A program made the position numbers and the translations under genes. A stretch of DNA of 64,000 bases from an uncultured Clostridia bacterium (GTDB lineage Bacteria; Bacillota; Clostridia; Christensenellales; CAG-314), in NCBI GenBank assembly GCA_944336125.1, contig CALVLA010000002.1, forward strand, positions 87,301 to 151,300, given 5' to 3'. Shown here in pieces: positions 61,582-64,000 of this stretch. The stretch's first letter is position 1; the number at the start of each line of letters is the position of its first letter. Below the pieces are notes generated by a model. It saw only the letters and a list, made by a program, of their open reading frames with translations, was not told the origin of the DNA and searched no databases.

Positions 61582-62964
61582 TTATTGAGCAGCTGCTTCT
61601 TCGTGGTGGCCGGCGTGTTTTTCTGGACCCATGTTACCGGTAAATCTAGCGGCAACGATACCAGCGACCATACCGTCACTAACGTTAAGAGCTGTACGAC
61701 CCATATCGATAAGAGCTTCAACCGAGAACAATACTGCGATCAAAGATACATCGAAGCCGAGTACGCCGAATACCATCAAACCTGCCATTGTTGCGCCGCC
61801 GCCGACACCTGCGATACCGAGTGAGCAGAGGGTAACGATGATGATCAAAAGGATGAGTTGATCAGGGTGTTTGATGAGGTAGAAGTTATCACCGTATGTA
61901 GCGGTGTAAACCATTGTTGCGAGCATTGCAGGATATACGCCGCCGCAACCGTTCTGACCGATACAAGTACCGAATGTACCTGCGAAGGAAGCGATGGAAT
62001 CTTCAACGCCGATGTTTCTCATGGATTCAATCGAAACAGGGAGTGTAGCCATCGAAGAACGAGTTGTGAAGCCGAGCATCAAAGCTTTGCTTGCGTTTTT
62101 GAAGAACCTTCTTGGGCCGATACCGCAAAGGAATACGAACAAGATGTGGAGCGCGAACATTACGATCATTGCTACGTAGGAAGCAATTACGAACACGCCG
62201 AGATCAAGGTAGTTTTCGAAAGCGGTGTTTGCACCGAAGTTGAGGATGTGTGCGAATACGCCGTAAGGAGCCAAACCGATGACAACGTCAACGAGACCCA
62301 TAACGAATTCGTAAGCAACGTCCAAAGCAGCTTCGATTTTAGCGCCGGCTTCCGGGCTTTCAGTTCTCATAGTCCTGATGATGTAAGCGAATACACATGC
62401 AAGGAAGATGAGCGGCAATACCGAGTTAGCCGACAATGCTGCAAAGATGTTTTTAGTTGCAAAGATCGAAGCGAGTGTAGCAGTCAAAGTTGTGTTGGAC
62501 TTTGAAGGCTGGCTACCTACGAGGTTTGCGGAAGACAGTCCGAAGAAAGAAGTTGTGAGGATGGAAATGAGAGCGGAAATTGCACAAGTAACGAGCAAGG
62601 TTGCGATTGCGATACCTACTGCTTTACCAGTGTTTTTAGCGCCGCCACTTTCACCAGCACCTACTTTCAGGATACCTGTCATGATAGCTACCATAACCAA
62701 TGGCATAACCATCAATTGCAACAAGTTGGTGTAAGCGTCTTTTGCGATGTTTGCGATTTCGAATGCGAAAGCGGTATCCCCTGATTTTGCGCTTGTACCG
62801 AAAATCAATTGGATAGCAGCGCCGACAACCAAGCCGATTGCCAATGCGATAAGCATCCACATACCGAAACCAACTTTCTTACCGATTACGTGGAGACCGA
62901 AGTAGCAGCCAGCGATAACGATAAGAATTACAAGGCCAAGCCAAGTAAAAGCGTAAGTGAACAT
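61582..62964 (-). CDS. tcyP: L-cystine / dicarboxylate-amino-acid:cation symporter (DAACS family, TcyP-like)
   Basis: 460 aa. LLQLMVMPLV, TRSSMATLP, IGQNGCGGVYPAMLA, AGVGGGAT and LIDMGRTALNVS closely parallel B. subtilis TcyP (YhcL) as I remember it. Confidence 0.8.
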   Translation of the reverse strand: MFTYAFTWLGLVILIVIAGCYFGLHVIGKKVGFGMWMLIALAIGLVVGAAIQLIFGTSAKSGDTAFAFEIANIAKDAYTNLLQLMVMPLVMVAIMTGILKVGAGESGGAKNTGKAVGIAIATLLVTCAISALISILTTSFFGLSSANLVGSQPSKSNTTLTATLASIFATKNIFAALSANSVLPLIFLACVFAYIIRTMRTESPEAGAKIEAALDVAYEFVMGLVDVVIGLAPYGVFAHILNFGANTAFENYLDLGVFVIASYVAMIVMFALHILFVFLCGIGPRRFFKNASKALMLGFTTRSSMATLPVSIESMRNIGVEDSIASFAGTFGTCIGQNGCGGVYPAMLATMVYTATYGDNFYLIKHPDQLILLIIIVTLCSLGIAGVGGGATMAGLMVFGVLGFDVSLIAVLFSVEALIDMGRTALNVSDGMVAGIVAARFTGNMGPEKHAGHHEEAAAQ

Positions 62965-63096
62965 AAAATGTTCCTCCGATAAATATATTCTTTAAAACCT
63001 TGACGCAACCTATTTAACTGATTTAACGCCTCGGTAGTAAAGTCATATAAAAGTCAATGTTCGGATGTCACAAGTCCTTACCTTATGACATTACTA

Positions 63097-63125
63097 TATT
63101 ACACTTCGCAAATTGTTTTGTCAAT
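63097..63125 (-). promoter_or_regulatory. Candidate sigma-A promoter of tcyP
   Basis: On the minus strand: TTGACA, 17 nt spacer, TAATAT. This leaves a leader of about 125 nt. Confidence 0.55.
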
Positions 63126-63249
63126 ACAAAAATAAAATTTTTTATGAATAATCGGCAAAAAATCCAATAAAACGACGTTTTCGTTTGTATAATTACTTAA
63201 AACCGTTTTGCGCCCCCATTTTTCGTCAAAAAACGCGAAAAAGCAAGCC

Positions 63250-63984
63250 TTAAATAAGGTTTGCTTCCATAAGAACGTTCTTTATGTTGGCGATGTTTCT
63301 TTCAAAGCCGTGCACGGAATAGGCGGTATTTTTCAAACCGATCCAAGTGATTTTGATAAGTTTAGGATTTTTGCTTTGTACGGCGTTAATAAACGCGTCC
63401 GCCATTTCCACGCACTCCGCCCTTTGTTCTCCGTCACCCAAAAACTCGTTGTCGGCTTTTTGCTTGAATTTTTCGATAAGAGTTGCCAATCTGTCGCTTA
63501 CCGCTGACGGGATATAAATTGTTTCGGCACCGAAAAACTCCTCCCCTTTTTGCCTCGACTCGGCGTCAAGTCCTTCGGGATCGATAGATTTGAGTATATA
63601 TTCACCCGCTTTTTTGAAGGGAACGAGAATGTCCGCACAAAACCTCGCGTAACTTTCGTTTGCGTTTTCGTCGTTGAAATAGTCCCCCAAAAATTTGGTA
63701 AAATCTCTGTTTCCGGAATCTATCTCGGCGAGCAGACAAAACACAAAGGTAAACAACCTCACCTTGTCCACCGGCAAGGTAAGTTTTGCCCTTACCCTGT
63801 CGTCCTCGGATACGGCAAGCCTGTTTCTGGCAAATTCGTTTGCGTAAGAAAAGTTTTTAAGGCAGTCCTCTACTTTTTCCATCAAAACGGGAAGCGAAAC
63901 GACGCACTTCAATAACGATGAAATGCGTTTTGCGGCAAGAATATACTTGCATTCAAGCAAATCGTTTACCCTTTGAGTAAACAA
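63250..63984 (-). CDS. Hypothetical protein (at least 244 aa, possibly 5'-truncated by the window end)
   Basis: Clean ORF. The frame stays open upstream of the tracked TTG start to position 64000, so the true start may lie outside the window. No family recognised. Confidence 0.5.
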   Translation of the reverse strand: MFTQRVNDLLECKYILAAKRISSLLKCVVSLPVLMEKVEDCLKNFSYANEFARNRLAVSEDDRVRAKLTLPVDKVRLFTFVFCLLAEIDSGNRDFTKFLGDYFNDENANESYARFCADILVPFKKAGEYILKSIDPEGLDAESRQKGEEFFGAETIYIPSAVSDRLATLIEKFKQKADNEFLGDGEQRAECVEMADAFINAVQSKNPKLIKITWIGLKNTAYSVHGFERNIANIKNVLMEANLI

Positions 63985-64000
63985 CGCTATATCATTTTTT

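Overview
This 64 kb window is low-GC chromosomal DNA that looks like an anaerobic, probably spore-forming member of the Clostridia (Bacillota). About 66 genes are packed tightly, and all but eight features lie on the minus strand. I saw no rRNA, tRNA, CRISPR array, transposase, integrase or phage genes.

Much of the window is housekeeping sequence with Bacillus-like synteny:
- yicC-gmk-rpoZ-coaBC
- pcrA-ligA
- lepA-hemW-hrcA-grpE-dnaK-dnaJ-(padR)-prmA-rsmE-mtaB-HIT-rpsU
- groES-groEL
- rarA, tyrS, recX, birA, acpS
- rnpB (RNase P RNA)
- sigK
- rnj-trmR-U32 peptidase
- serC-serA

Two CIRCE operators are readable, one upstream of hrcA and one upstream of groES.

The least ordinary block is a ten-gene minus-strand cluster at about 26.6-34.7 kb:
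- It encodes a trimeric NuoE/NuoF-type [FeFe]-hydrogenase (hydC, hydB, hydA).
- Upstream sit five putative sensory or regulatory genes: DRTGG, a GHKL kinase-like protein, a PAS-less hydrogenase-like Fe-S protein, a second DRTGG and a PHP protein.
- A second GHKL ATPase is embedded between the structural genes.
- The structural subunits have non-canonical cofactor motifs. HydA reads TSCSPGW where TSCCPxW is expected. The HydB N-terminal thioredoxin-like domain keeps only one Cys. The small ferredoxin has three Cys.

Other points worth a second look:
- a CoA-transferase plus two uncharacterised flavoproteins with no promoter of their own
- cdaA without cdaR or glmM
- Lgt fused to an extra two-TM plus zinc-ribbon tail
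- a MazF toxin with no adjacent antitoxin
- a tcyP-like cystine symporter followed by two tandem cytoplasmic DsbA/FrnE-like paralogues with conserved leader hairpins and a near-identical internal tract

All calls rest on reading the supplied ORF translations and the DNA by eye. No database search or folding computation was run.
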